Shown piece by piece: positions 38,501 to 53,047 of a stretch of 64,000 nt of DNA. The notes under the pieces are model-generated. The model worked only from the letters and a program-made list of their open reading frames with translations, did not search any database and was not told the DNA's origin. Source of the DNA: Phoronis australis (lineage: Eukaryota > Animalia > Phoronida); assembly GCA_002633005.1 (NCBI GenBank), contig NMRA01000027.1, positions 1,105,788-1,169,787 of the forward strand. Direction: 5' to 3'. The translations under genes were made by a program, and so were the position numbers. How positions within the stretch are numbered: the stretch's first letter is position 1; every line of letters starts with the position of its first letter.

Positions 38501-39428
38501 GGTGGTGTGCTTGCAGTTACTATTCTTACGGAAAATTCACTTACTCATCAGGGTGAGTCAATGTTTGCATTAAATAAGCATATTTTAGTTTTGTAAGCAT
38601 GCTGAGGAATGTGAAAACATAATTGACCTGCAACCCCTCAGCTATGGACTTGTCTGAAACTTTGTAATTTCATTAAGTTATGCCAACATTGTTGTGGCAT
38701 ACTGCCAGAGACAGCTGTTGGTGTTGGGAGTTGTGAGTGAAACTGTACCTGAGATGTCTTGTGCTCGCCAAATTTGAGAAAACAGCATGATGGTGGAAAT
38801 TGGTGAGTCGAGGAGGTCTCCACAATGGAATGTGGCATAGCTTATGGAAATTGTGTGTTTAAGTTGTTGAATCCTTGTTTTTCGCCATTTTCGATTGGTT
38901 TTCAATTATCTGGAAGTGAAAGTAGGCATAGATTTTGATAGCTTTCTTGAAGTTTTGATTTTTCCATTTTTCATATTTGACATTTGATTGACAATTGGTT
39001 TCAGGATTTTGCAGGGACACCAATTAAATTGTTATGTGATAATTGATAGAGAACATTAGGACATGTGGCTTTGGAAGTTTTTGTACCCGGATGAAAGATT
39101 ACAATGCATGTTGATGTATAATGCGGAAAATATTTGGATAAATTTGAATTTCAACTGTCATGTTTTGCCAATCCTGGGTCCAGCAACGTAAAGGTTCAAA
39201 GTTGTCATATTTCTGACCTGTCATATTTCAGGTGGCTGAGTGCCACCCAATCAATGGATTTCCTTGGAAGAGAAGTTGTCTTAAACGTGGCAATAAACCA
39301 GCCTCCCGTTACAATAACTTCTGACCACTTCAGCGTTATGAAATTGTTCTCAGGTGATTTCTGTGCTTGAAAGAAGTGATAGGCCATTATTGTTTGAGAC
39401 CCTGCTCTACAGATTGGATTGTCACAAC

Positions 39429-40212
39429 TATGGGAAGCCAAAGTGTAAAAAAATTCCAGGACACATATTTTCTATTCAGGAATTAAAATCTCTGCAGGAC
39501 CAAAAAATTCAAAACCATCATTTATCACACCAGGACCAAGATTTACCACATCAGGACCGAAAATTTATCATGCATGGACAGAAAATTTACCAAGCCAGGA
39601 AAGACATTTTTTTCATGCTAGGACACCATGTGCCAGTGTCCATCCACTATCCGATGATGACAATCGGCTATGTCTGTGTAATTCTCAGCCGCATTCAGGT
39701 GTAATGTTCTCTAAAATCCAAAGGTACAGTGGCCTCTGTTGTAAAGTGTGGAAGAGACAAATGGAAATTAACCTCATTGTCACAGTAATATGTCTGTCCT
39801 TGCCGAGACATTGTTGACTGCTTTACTTAGCCCCTGTGTACCTAATACGATGTTGCTGCTTTGAGGGATCAGTGCTTGTGGATGGTCATGTGGTCTCCTG
39901 GCATGAAATGTTTTTGGCGTGATAAATTTTTGGTCCCAATGTTTTAAATTTTCGATCTTAGCATGTTTAATTTTGTTCATGAAGTGTTAATTTTCAGTTC
40001 TGACGTGATAAATTTTGATCTTGGTTTGTCTTTGTGGTCTTGCAGAGTAAAAATAGTGTTTTGGACTGTTTTCAATTCTTGCGTAAGTGAAAATACTGGT
40101 TTGGGGTATTTATTTTTGGTCCCGCAGAGTAAAAATGATATTTTGGTATGTTTTTAAATCTTGTATAGAATGTATGTGTCCAGGATTTTTTTCCGCTTTG
40201 GCTTTCCATATA
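39429..40212. mobile_element. Foldback/MITE with long imperfect TIRs
   Basis: Left end TATGGGAAGCCAAAGTGTAAAAAAATTCCAGGACACATA. Reverse complement of the right end is TATGGAAAGCCAAAGCGGAAAAAATCCTGGACACATA. Internal CAGGACCA repeats are mirrored as TGGTCC/TGGTCTTG. Confidence 0.75.
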
Positions 40213-43200
40213 CAACAGACTCTGGGCATTTTCTCAAGTTATGACAAGTCTCTTATCTCCTGCAAGTAACCACTTCTTGCCTGGGTAAGGAACAAGTGGG
40301 CAGTAGTTTTGTAGTAGTATTGATCAAAATTAGAAATTATTTTCTTTGACAGAAAAGTGGATTGTAGCCATTTTAATTTTCCCTTTTTATTGATCATAGA
40401 GTAGTTGTCAAACAAAAAACAAGTAACAATGATTCAGCTCAGTGTTTAGTGCTGGTATTAAGTGCTATTTTTAAACAAAGTTTTTATTTACGCACTAGAT
40501 TTCAATCAACCACCTAGTTGGTCACCTTCAGATAACGTCTCTTTGACACAATCTGCTCTTGAGGACATGAAACTACCTCCATTTCAAAATACAATTATTG
40601 TATGAGTGAATATGGAAAGCGGCTATCCTTTTACTAACTTCTCATTAATAATGTTAGGCAAATAAATTGTGACATTTTCCAGGGTGCTAAATGACTTCTA
40701 AAGTCAAAGGTCATGAAACAGTTGTTATTGCTTTGCACTATTTTGACCTGTTCACAATGTTTCAGCAAAGCTACAACCTTGTGACTGTTTCAGGTTACAT
40801 TTTCCCTTCCAGAAATCATCTTGGGTTCCTAAAAATGTTCAAGGAAATGTAGAAATTCTTTTAGAAGGGTGTTGTTGAAAAGCATTTCTACAGTTTTCTC
40901 GCCATTTCATCCATGAGCAAGTATTACCAGTTGTTTTAAATGTTCAGGCATGATTCCATGGTTCAAGTTTTTGTAGAATATCGCTTTGTGCCAATTTTCA
41001 TATCATGTCTGAACTGTGACAGTTCGGAGATGATTATGAACTTGCATTGTCATATTACAGGTCCTCACCACCCATGTCCGTCATCAACAAATTTCACACA
41101 CTCAACTAGTCACCACTGAGTCCATCCCACCCCCGCCACTGCCTCAAGTTGCCAAATCTTGAGTTTTGCACGTGATTCCAACATTTCTTACACACTGCTT
41201 AGAGCACTCATGAGGCCATACAGCTTTGCCTTGTAAGTAGACTACCCAAGCAATACCTGTGCCAGGCAGTGGACCCAAAACTCCTGTAAACAACTTTCTC
41301 TGCTGGGTACTTAATGTAATCACTCCTGCACTTGTGATAAACTAATGCAGATTCTGTTCTCCACATTAAAGCTGTAAATGCTGGAAAGGTATGCCTACGA
41401 AGTGAGGTTTTCTCTCTGTTAATAAAACCTAAATTCGAGGGTTATGAGGGTTTGATGTAACTATTAGAGGTGAATTTTTGGGCTTCATGAAAGAGAGTAT
41501 TTTCTGAGGATGATGTGACTGAACATCAAAACATATGAAGCCTCGTCTTCAGTCAATGCTTTTCATTATCAGAAATTTTGGTAGGTTCCTGTATGGTACT
41601 ATTAGGATTAAACATGATCATGGTGGTGACTGTGTTTGCCTTTCCTCTGGCCTCTAGAGGTCCAAGCCCAAAGCTCTGGTTTTGTTTGGACAAATTTACA
41701 CTCAGCTGGACTTCTCCTTCAACTTGTTTGTGTTCCAGATTTGAACTGTCAGCTGATGCCATGCTGGGTAAAAGGTGTGTGTGTGTAAAGTGGAATTTGT
41801 GACCCCTTGTGTGTATAGTTACTTGGATTCTGGCTACATTTACTTTGACCGTTGGTCTGGCTGTCAGGTTTGAATGTTCTTGGCTTATCAATAAGTCTTC
41901 ACTTTTCCACGCATGATTTTCCATTTTTCAAATGCGTATTGGCCTACTTGCTTCAGTTTTTGTTGGTCAATTAGAAAAAAAAAACATGCTTTTACATTTT
42001 CACCACTTCTAAGTTGAAACTTGAGACATTTAGATGCCTCGGTTTGTGTTTCTTGCATTTTTTTTTCAAAAATTGAACTTGTGACTTGTACTACTCTAAA
42101 AATTCCTTCATGTTTCTAATACATTTCCTTCTCTTATAACTATTAGGGTATTTGCCAACCAATCAAACACAAAATGGTCCTTCATCTCTCTCTACTTCTA
42201 CAATCAATGCACTCCACATAAGGTCTGTGTCAATACTACTCCACAGTTTTCTTTACTTGTTCATTATCATAAGTCAATATTTCAAGTTTGGCTTTGACCA
42301 AGCAGTGTGATTCTGCACTCAGTTCTGGTCTATAGGACCTCACAGGTGTGTTGGTGTGACCTGTTGCTAGAGGGCTGTTTATAATAGGGTCTCATCAATG
42401 CATTCACTTGGCTGGTCAGTGCAGGTGTTAATAAGGTAATCCCTATACATGTACAGCTTTTCACAGTCATACTATTAGATTTTTTTACCTTACATCTAAA
42501 ATATTGATCAATCTTTATAGCACTGCCAGTAATTTTATGTTTTGGCCATTGGCGTTCTCGTGTTTGGAAAGATCATAAAACTGTTTAAAGCTGGATTTTG
42601 CACTGTTTAGTTGTATAAAACAAAAATAGAGTTGGCATTGTTCACTAGTAAAATCAATCTCATAATAATCCTTGTTACGATAGGATTATTATGTTTTCCC
42701 TTACCAAGATAAGTCACAGTGAATTTGGAAGTACTTGTTGGCTACAGAACAGAATCCTGTCACAGTTAGGAATATCATGCGGCTGATTTTAGGGGAGCTA
42801 AAGATCTATTTTGATTATCGATTTTGTGCAGATGAACAGGACATGTTGCAGCTTTATTTGAGCTGTAAACTCCGCCGAGAGGATGTATAAAGTATTGCTG
42901 ATGTTGTGTTGAAGTTTGGAAAGTTGAAAGTTACATGACGCACTAACTTGTAAATTTGTGGCAGAAACCTGCAGTCTTCATTGGGTTTGTTCCAAGCTGC
43001 ATAACTGCTGCCTGGAGAATACAGTGGCTGATTGCTATACTCTAAATACTGGTGGCCAGACTTTTATTACATGAGTGAATGGCAAATTGTACCAGGCCTT
43101 TCTGTTCTGTGGGTAATGGTTATAGTCTAATAACTATAACAGACACATAATATCCACTGAATGTCTGAGTGTAAAAGACTTATTATTTGGTTGGAATGCT

Positions 43201-46200
43201 GTTTGAATTTAACACACCTTTGTCAGGTAAGGTGTGGAATTAATTACTGGACCTTGTTAAAATTTCATTGCCAATAGCTAAATAACTCAATCACTCAGCA
43301 GTCAAATAGATTTCTTTTGTAAGATTGAAACACTCAGCAAAGCTGGTTGGAATTGTGCAGTAAAAGGAAATCAAAAGGTGTGATGGTTGAAATTCTAGAA
43401 CAGTTGATCTCAGCTGAGAGTCATTCTCAGATGCAGTCTTGTGAAACTGTGTGTTTTCATTGGCTGCATGTTTTGTGTACACTGCGTTTTAGCAGCTGAC
43501 GCTGAGTTACGCTACTAGTAGCCTGGGTTTTTTGTCAGATAACCTGCTGTTACCGTACTGTTTTATCGTCACTGACAGCGTCAGTTATCCACTGTTGATA
43601 TCTGCTAGTTCCTTGGTGATTCACTGAGCTGTTGTGTGCCTTTGAGGTTGAGAGGTGTAACTGTTGTTTATAGGTTTTCAACAGCTGTTTCATCCAGGTG
43701 GAAAAAAAACAGTTTTGCTAGAAACTGGTTTTAACTGGTAAGTAGCATTGAATACACTTTGGCACTGTTACTGTTGGTCCAAGTAGCCTACCACCCATAC
43801 CAGTAGAGCTGATATTACGTAAAAGAATATCAAACATTTGGCTAATCTGTGTCTGTGTTATTAAGCAACTGGTGAGCATTTATAATTTCAATGAGAGCAG
43901 CTTGTTGAAAGGTTGGTGTCCTTCACATTGTCTGTTCTGTATTCTAAAGGCAAGCCATTGCCATTCCCTATGTCACTTTCTGGTGTACTGTGGATATGAA
44001 GTCAGATTCCCTTGTTCATGTAGCTGAGGGCGAATAGTCTATTTAGATGATTCCAGAATTTGAGAATCTAACTGAATTACCGGTATTCACTGTTTGCCTG
44101 GTTCTCAAAATCAGTTACCACCAATGTGACTAACGCTGGTATACCTGAGCTTGGGCTGCAGCCTGAATAAGATGTCTTCAGCCTGGGGAATTGGTTTTAC
44201 ATTTCACTCTCTTGTCAAGGTGCATAGCTTGAGCTCCTGGAAGTTGGGGTTGTGATCACTAGTTACGCCATGTTTGTCTGTTTTGGAAGAATTGTATTTT
44301 AATGTCTTCAAATTTTATTCTTTATGGAAGTTTGTGTTTTAAGTTTCCTTCATTCGAATAAAAGTGGACCTGGGAAAATGGTCTCAGTGTTGCTGTTTCG
44401 CCTAAAATAGTCATTAAATTCATTCATAAATCAACTTTTCCCATGCTCTGGCTTAATTTCAAGGCAGAAACGAGTCACAATGCCTCTTTACTTCCTTTAG
44501 AAGACATGTGTCTGTTGAATTTTGTTAGACTTTGCTACCCGAGAATTGTTCTTTTCCATTTAATCTTGGTTGTGCATTGTGCTGTTCTTTTGTCTTAGGA
44601 TCCTTTAAAGGATGACATCGTTGTTTGCCAAGCACCAACCGTTAGACTATGAACTGGTGGTCGGAAATACTCCCTGTGAAAAACTCTGGGTGATAAGCTA
44701 TCATAGTGGATGTTTGTTTAAGTAAAGACATAATTTGCTTAGCTCTCCAGTGACCATTATAAATTACCTCCACAGTAGAAGAGCTGTTCTGATCAGTTGT
44801 GTTGTCTGCTGATTTGACTTGTGCGATTGTCTGCACGTCTGAATTGTCTGGCATAATTATTGCTGATCCAAAAATAAATGCAACATGTCTCACAACAAGG
44901 AACTTTGTGAGTTCATGCTTTGCGAGAATGGCGATTTAGATGCTAGAAGAATTCCATGAGAATTTTTCGTGAAGTTTGATTTTGTATGTGTAGTTATATG
45001 TAGAAGACCTTGGTCACATTTGGACATAGTGATACAATGAGTCCATACCATATGAGTTGACTCCCCGAGCTATTAAGAAAATGATCGTCTGATTTGCATG
45101 TAAGACAAACACTTACCTGCTTATATGGATTTTCAAATAATTTCATATTGTCTCAGTTAGTATGTGGTGCAATGCACTTTCTGTAAATGTATTGCAAATC
45201 TGTGATCCATGATGCACCTGGTTAAGCCTGTAGTCGTGACCTGGTAATCAGCTGCTCCTAAGGATGTTTCAACAAAGAACCTGTCTGAATAAAGAAGATG
45301 TAAATTACAGCTTCTTCGTTCCTGGGCACATTGAGAATTTGTTATCATTATTGAGAACCTTTCTGAAGTTTGCATAGTGTGGCCCAGTGCTTAAAGGGGT
45401 CAAAGCGAATTAATGACCCTTCTTATCTGGTCACCTGTTGGCCCTGACCTGTACATTGTGTGATGGAAAGTGTACTCGCAGTGGGTAGATTTACACGGCG
45501 GTCATTTCTCTGTTGTTGCCAGTTTGTGCGTAGCGTTCAATTTGCAGAGGAACATGAAGACGGGGTGAACGATATAAGTTGTATTGAAAGTGTCCTGTTC
45601 ACTTTTTAGAATCTAGGTTGTTCTTGCAGACCAATAATAATACTGAATTGCCTTGTGTTCTGAGATGAATGATGTTAGAATTTAAAAGATGTCACTAGGC
45701 AGGACATCAGCAGATTTTTTGTGTTGTATGTACTTCTTAACTGTTTTTGATCACGATATTTTTGTCATTGCGGAAAAAGCTGTCGTACTCATTGACTTGG
45801 CCTTCATTTTTGGCTGATAGTAACTTCAAAGGCATTGTCATTTGTCTTTGTCATTTACTCATTCCATAATGGTCCTTGTTGTCAGTTACATAAGGTTCAC
45901 ATGAATGACGAAAATACTAGATGGAATCATTTTAGGCACTAGTGAATTTGTCTCCTCACTACCCAAATCAGTTGAATTGCATTTAAGGAAAAGTTGACAT
46001 CAAAGCGCTTTTTCTCTCTGCCATTGTTGCGATGACCAGCATACTCTTAACCCTGTATATGTGTCCTTTGATGTAGGGTCTGTCTACAAAAGTGGTTGCC
46101 CAAATTCCATCAATTTTGGAATAACTCAAACCAGCGGCAAAGTGTCAGCGAAAGTGACCCTTGTAATCATTTACATTAATGGCATTTTTGCTACAAGCGA

Positions 46201-49079
46201 CAGTGCTAGTGAAAATGGTTGCATGTTACCCAATCAATGGGGGGAATGGGCGCTCAGCTTCGATGTCCCTCAAAGTCATCGATAGGGTTCAATGCTGTGT
46301 CAATGATGAAGGTCATGTTGCGCCACCTTATGATAACTTCAATGACAATAGCATCACTTTGCGATAACTTCTGATGCTCAAATTAACTTCCTAGTGTAGG
46401 TTGATGCTTTGCTAGTACCCGATTTTAAACTTGGTGGGAAAGGCTATTACGATTACGTGAAGAGATGATTGTTTACCCAACAAGTATTCTAACACTAGCT
46501 CAAGCCTGAGATAGATTACTTAGAAGTGTAGATCTGTAGTTTGTTCCTCGGTTAATTCACAATACTCCATTGGAAATAAATTGATTGGTATGTCTTAACC
46601 TTTGTCAGGCATGCTCACAGACAATACCTGGGCAACTGCATGATCTGTGACAGTAGGCAGATCCACTGCTCAAGCTATCATACCATACACATTCCCAAAG
46701 TTTTTCTGCAAATTCCAGCTCATCCTAGCTAAACCATGTACTTCACCTGTAAAGGGAACGTCATAGTTAGATCCTTTCATCTAGAGTAAATACTCTGGCA
46801 ATTGTGATTTTCTTTTCAACCAGCTCCTTCACCCACTGGTGAAATCATGAGCATGCCATTTTTGCTGCACAGGTAGTACTGAGTATGAGAGAAAAGTTCC
46901 TGGTGGTCAAGTGCCATCACTGTAAAGATCACTAGTGCTAGCATTTTGTCACCTGAAGTACCACTGGTACTTGACACTTGGCTAAACCAGGACTTTCATA
47001 CCTAGTGCCACCTGTGCAAAAAATTGGATCGCTATAGAGTTCGTTACTGAGTAAATGTACATTTCGGATAGAAATCACATGTTGGTGGGATTTTATCTTC
47101 ATTGCCGGAGTTGTTTTTTTAATGCATTGTGGGGGTGTTGTCAGCTTGTAACCATCCTGTGACATCACCAAGATACTGGGGGACACGTTATCTGATTTAT
47201 AGCAATTTAGATGGTGTGATTTAATTTCAGTTTGATTGTGTAGTGTGTACCTGGAGAAAGTTTCATGCAGAAAGTTTGTTTATTTATGTATTTTTGAGGC
47301 ACACTTTCAGTCCTTTATTTTTGTATCATAGTGTCTTAGTTATTTGAACACCAAAAAGCATGTTGCAGTGGACCCATGCTTTCAGTTCTGTTACATTCAA
47401 GCAAGTACTGGCTCGTGTTGTTTTCCGTCACATTGGTTCAACATCATCAAATTATGTTTGATGTCACCGAATGTTTTGGAAGCTAACAACTTTCCCACAA
47501 TGCATTTAAAAAAATGACAGCATTGTTGCAGATGAACTCCATCGAGTTGTCGGAGTATTTCTTTAAGTTGGAAAGATTGAAAGACACCACCAGCGGCCTC
47601 CCGAGGTGTTCCTAAACATACAAAAGGTACTGATAGCATCTTTTACCTGGTATTGTAGCTGAGGTGGTAATCTAGCCTGAGTGGAGAATCTCATTAACTT
47701 CCCTAAAAATTACAGTTTTGGGATATTTTTCTTTCTCTCACCCTGAGGTTACTGACATAAGCAGGCCATCTTGGAGTATCCTGACCTGCTGATAAAACAA
47801 GAGGTTTGTGTTGTTTTATCTAAGAGGTCAAGTCAGCAGAAATATTGGCCTGTTTAGTGTTTGTCATTGCTAAACAACAATCCTGTGGTTTCTCGGGCTA
47901 TTTTTACAAAACTGCTCATTTGGCCAACTTCAAGAGTTGGATCTGGGAAAATTTTCTGCTTGAAGTGGCACAGCTGGTCATTAGATTCTTTTCCTGTATG
48001 ACAACACCAATGAGTATTTAACCAATTTTGCATACAGAATAGACTCCTGCCAAACAAACTGGATTTCATCTGTCAGTGCTTAGTAATTTTTAGGAGTAAA
48101 TTCAGTCATCAAAATTAGACAAATTGCAACTTTGCCGGTCTGTTTTATGCAATAACCCAATAATTACAATGTACGCCCAAGACCAGGAGCCTTCTTTGGT
48201 AATCTTGGAATACCTAGTAATAGTCATTCTCATTGGTCTTGCCACTGCCTTGATGGTTGAAGCACAGATTTTTACTGGATTAAAACCCTGGGTCTGTTTC
48301 GTGAAAAGTGTGTTAAGACATACAGTAAGATAGAAATTTGGTCTTATGCACCTCGTAACTATTTCTGAAAAATAATCGAATGCCACTTGAGCAAAAGTGC
48401 AGTCTCTGAGAATGTGTATACAACTGCTAGTCACTGAGATAATTTCTATACATTATTTCAAGTTTGTGATGCGCTCCTGGCTAATGCTTTGTTGTCATGT
48501 GAAGTGAGACCAAATTGCTGTTTAAGTATTGGTAAGTCACTTTCATGATATGGCCACCTGCTGAATGTATGCCTGTTCATGCGGATATTTTTGCGCATTA
48601 TTTTCCAGAATCAGGATTGCAAAAAAAGGTATCGCGCGAACGCAAAAATACCGCAATCCCAGTTTCAACAAATTTCGCGGAATTTATTGCGTAAAATGTT
48701 CTAGACGCTGAGACAGTTGTTTACATATGCTTGATGATTAATTACTTGCTGCATATTCGACACAAAACGAAAGATTGACGCACTTCGCATGATACAAGAA
48801 TTCCCGCTTTACTTCCAAAAAGTCTCGAAATCTCTGTTTTCTCGCCATAAAATTTAGTTTTCTTAAATTGTGGTCTGACGCAGAGGCTGTGTTGCTCATT
48901 GGCTTGTAGCGGGAAGCCGTAGTAGATGGCCAGCTGTCTGGCACGAAGAAGGATGGACCAGTTTTCGTTAGAATCAGGAACGAATTTGAGGTAACTAAGC
49001 AAAATTCAGTTCTGTTCAATCAGTTGTTGAATCACGAAACCTTGTAAATAGCTGCATTTGTATCAGCGGCGTATTATTT

Positions 49080-50089
49080 CATAGGCGGATTTAGGGGGGC
49101 CAGGGGGCCCGGGCCCCCCCTTGGCTGCCGCAAAAAAAAATAAAATAGTAAGAGCGTAGGGAAATGGTGATTTTATTAATTAACCCAGGTAATTAAAATT
49201 ATACGGATGAAAAAAGATTTAAATGTGTGCAGTTTTAGTATTTGGGGGTTGGCTCAAATCCAATTTCAAGTGTCAAATTCGGAACACGGCGCGTTCGTAA
49301 CGGAACTATGGCTAAGTATAGAATCTCCCGCGATATCCTAGGCGACCGGCAGCGGCGCTGTGCACTACGACTCCGTTTCCATCGTCTGCTCCACTGTGCA
49401 ATGAAGAAAATTTACTTCATTTTTTAAAGAAAATGGAACCTGAGTGGCTATGAAATAACAGAAGCTGCTGGTAAGATGTGAATTTTAATCGAAGCCTTAG
49501 TGAATCACTCAGAAACTCGCAATACTCTCTTTGTCAAACCTTATCTTAAGACGGTTTCCAAAGCAATCCCGTCATTATTGCCAACACGAAAAATGGATTT
49601 GGTCTTTTGGGCATTTGAAGACTATTTCAAATACGACAAATTTGTTAAGAATTGATGGCACAAAATATAAAACGTGTAATAAGCATTACGAAAAGAAGTA
49701 GGTTACGCGCGCAAACGCTGTGGCCCATAAACAAGTAAGTCTTTTAGTATGAGAGTTGTAGTTAAATCGTGGTGGTGTAGTGGTAACGTACGCGCGCTCA
49801 ACCCGCTAGGTCGTGAGTTCGAGTCTTCGACACTTGCATTTTTTTCCTGTTTGACACGTTCTCCGTGTTTTTGTTTTGCCTTTTTTTCTTGGATAATACT
49901 TCAGGAATCAAGGAAAATGCTTGATTTTTAGAGGTAAAAACAAAAAAATTTCCTGGGCGGGAGGGGGGTTTGCCGACCTCCCCCCATTCGGTGCTATGCG
50001 CATCTACAATCGTGGTTCAGTTTGCGCAAATGCTTCCAGCCGGACAAAATGTTGGGCCCCCCCCTTGTGATATCCTAGATACGCCACTG
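49080..50089. mobile_element. hAT-like non-autonomous DNA transposon
   Basis: Ends CATAGGCGGATTTAGGGGGG and CCTAGATACGCCACTG, with G/C-run subterminal motifs and a CpG-rich interior. No clean 8-bp TSD. Confidence 0.6.
49766..49838 (+). pseudogene. tRNA-like sequence (pseudo-tRNA or SINE head) inside the hAT-like element
   Basis: A box TGGTGTAGTGGT, B box GTTCGAGTC and a downstream T-run. The acceptor and anticodon stems pair poorly. Confidence 0.55.
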
Positions 50090-52943
50090 ATATTTTCCTT
50101 CCGTTTGTATTTTCATTTGCTAGGGTAAGATAGAAATTGCATAATTGACAACAGTAACATGAACACTTGCGGATTTCAGAAATTTTGGTGTTATGGAACT
50201 GCGCATTTTTTCCGCAACGCCATTTCTCGAGTGAACGGGCCTGGTGTGTATCCAACTGGGTTCAGGGCAAGGCCTACATAGACTGATAACAATTGTTCGG
50301 TTGCCTTAGAGGCCAGAATATTTTGTCAAATAACTCGACACCCTCTCCAAAATAGAAGAATTCGCAGGTACATGCGAATTGAAAATTTGCCTAGATGACT
50401 TGACAATCTGTGCAGTCCTCACAAAACTGGTAGTGGCTCCAGCAGACAGTTTGTGGTTTCATAATAATCCAGATATCCTTAATAATAATCTCATGTGGTT
50501 TCTACTGAGGCATTGTTACAGGTCTTCTTTTGGAGTGTGCCATAGTTCACAGGCTTATGCTTTTTATAGACAAGGAATTTCACTGTGATCTTATTCTGGC
50601 TTCTGGCTATTTTCCAATTTTCAGTGGCTTAACAGCAGGTACCAGTTATTGTTTGAAATGGTAACGAGTCAAGGCATTGCATTGGTCTGGATTTTGAAGT
50701 TCCGTGGCATTCTTTACATGGAAAGAGCCTTGTGGGGCATGGTTCCCACCCCTGGATGATCTGGTATGACCATGGCATTTGGAAATGACCAGCTGTCATT
50801 TACACAAGGTGTGTCTAGCAGGAGAGATGTTCCACTCACCACTGTGAATAATGGGAAGGTCAAGTGGTATTAGATAAGGTGAATAATTCAGTGCTTTTGA
50901 TTACTGACCACTCCCTCCAGGCTATAACTGGTTAGCTGGTCCCATTATGGTTCCTGCAGAAGTGATTGAAAGTCAGATAGGTATGAATACTTACTTCTCT
51001 GCCATTTCGTGTTGACTGGAGTAGAATGACCATGAACATCCCATGGTTTTGATGTGACAAGAAAAGTAAGGTACAGTTTCAGTTTCGTGTTTTTTGCCTG
51101 CATCTTATAATTAAATGTCCTTTTGTTGTAAGTTTAGAATGGTGCCAAACCGTTCTGTTCAGTGTGGCTCCAACACCAGCCCAGACTTTACTATGGAGCA
51201 TAAAAATAAACATGTGATGCCAATCAAGATTCCTTTGTTTTGTTTTTCCACAAACAGATGTTCTTAGTTTTGTCAAATCAGCTGCTAAACCTGTCAGAAT
51301 AACCTTAAAAAAGTGGAGGCACCCAATGGGGTCATGCCTTAGTTATGTATCCTAGCTCTCAAATTATCTGTGAAATCATAAACATTTGGTTTACTTTATC
51401 TAATGAATATCTGTTGAAAACTGGCAAGTCTGCTGTATTGCTGCCCTGGTGGTGGTCTGAGGTTTCAGTGGAGTGGTGAGTAGCATTCTTGAGCAGTTGT
51501 GGTTCCATATGGTCTCAGTCAGGCTTTGGCAGTCTGTACACAAGAGGTTGTGGGGATGGACAGATAGCTTCAGGTTTGTGTCATGGAGGTGAGAGTTGGC
51601 TGTGAAAGGTACTTGCCTACTGAATTTTCGGTATCTATGGTAGGGATTTTTGCAACATTTGCCACCGATATTGTTGTGGTGTAATCGTAGATTGTTTTGC
51701 AAGGAGACATACCAAGTTGGAAAGATTTGAATTTTTGAGTTATGCAAGAGAGCAGATGGTATGATTAGGTAACCAGCTATGTTGTGTTAGTGCCATCTGT
51801 CTCTGTAAATAGGAAATACCAGACAATTTAAGATGAAAACACATCAACTGGTGTCTTAGACTGACTGGTTTTAATTGATTCTTCATTTGAAATAACCAGA
51901 CCTGTCTGGCAATTACTTGGTTCATCTGAGACACTACAACCCTGCATGTTCAGATCCCATGTGGGACCAATTGGTTGAATTAATGTCAACATATGTCACC
52001 TCTCATCAACCAGAGCCAACTGATAAGTGGCTTACTTGTAGTAAACCAAGTGATACTGGGGTTGTCTGACATTCTTTGACATTTGTCTGCTGCCATCATA
52101 GTTGTTGTTGGTGAGTCATTTGTTTCTGTTAGTTTTCTCATAGTTTTCTTTGGTAGGCAAGTCTTCAGACAGGTGGAATTTCACTTTGTCAAATTTCTTT
52201 GCAAGAATAACTTTTCTTCTAGCATGGTGCGTGTGATAGCAATTACCAAACAACATGTGATCAAGTTTTGAGCATTGCTAACAATATGGTAAGCATCTGA
52301 AAAGTAGAAATATGGAAATTTTGCCAATTATATTTGTCTCAAATTGAAGATATTTTTACCATATTTAGCCCACTATATGGTAGCTAAGTAAAATTTTATT
52401 TTGTGAAAATATCTGGACATATATATTAAGAAAATGTCTGTTATTACGGTTTAGGTAGTGGTCAGATGTTGTAAAACAAATGTAGATAAAAAAATCTTGA
52501 TTTTGTCTTCAGATTACATTATTTGCCTGGCTTTTTGTTGCTTTTGCGTCAATCTGCATTTCATAAACTCACAGGTTGTTTTCATTAACTGCCAACCTTT
52601 GATAGGTTTTCCTGGCATTTTCCACTAAAAACAAATTAATGGTAGGGCATGGTTAGTGCTCTGTTTTCTTTGTGTGGTAACGTCTGCACCTGAGGCTGCT
52701 GCAAAGTTGAGATGCCTGCTAGTAAGATAGTCCGTAGTTATGGATTTTCACTGAAAACATGGTAGAACTCAAAACTATTCTATATTTTGTATGGAAAATA
52801 GGGCTTTATTGAGATTTAGTGTGTGTTCAGGGTTTCAAAAGAACTGACAGTTCATTGTTGCTCAAGACCAGGCTTTACAAGGTGGGTCATCACATTGTGT
52901 CATTTTATGCACTGAATATGGTCTCAGTCAAGGAATAGCATGC

Positions 52944-53047
52944 AACAGTCATTTGCAGGGGTCCCGAATTTCGAGAACCAGTTTGATGCCCATTATTCTT
53001 TGGAGAAATCTGGTTCTCAAAATGTGGGGGCCCTGTAAGTGACTGTT
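52944..53047. repeat. ~100-bp hairpin mini-element; related copy at ~57955-58025
   Basis: AACAGTCATTTGCAGGG..GAGAACCAG paired with CTGGTTCTC..CCCTGTAAGTGACTGTT. The core GAGAACCAGTTTGATG..CATTATTC..TGGAGAAA..CTGGTTCTCAAAAT is shared by both copies. Confidence 0.7.

Noticed and set aside
41060-41162. Possible extra coding exon after the acceptor-like ATATTACAG
   Set aside because: The phase-0 frame hits TGA after about 33 codons with no good donor.
49766-49838. Functional tRNA gene (apparent CAA anticodon)
   Set aside because: Poor acceptor and anticodon stem pairing, no long variable arm as expected for Leu, and it is embedded in a transposon.
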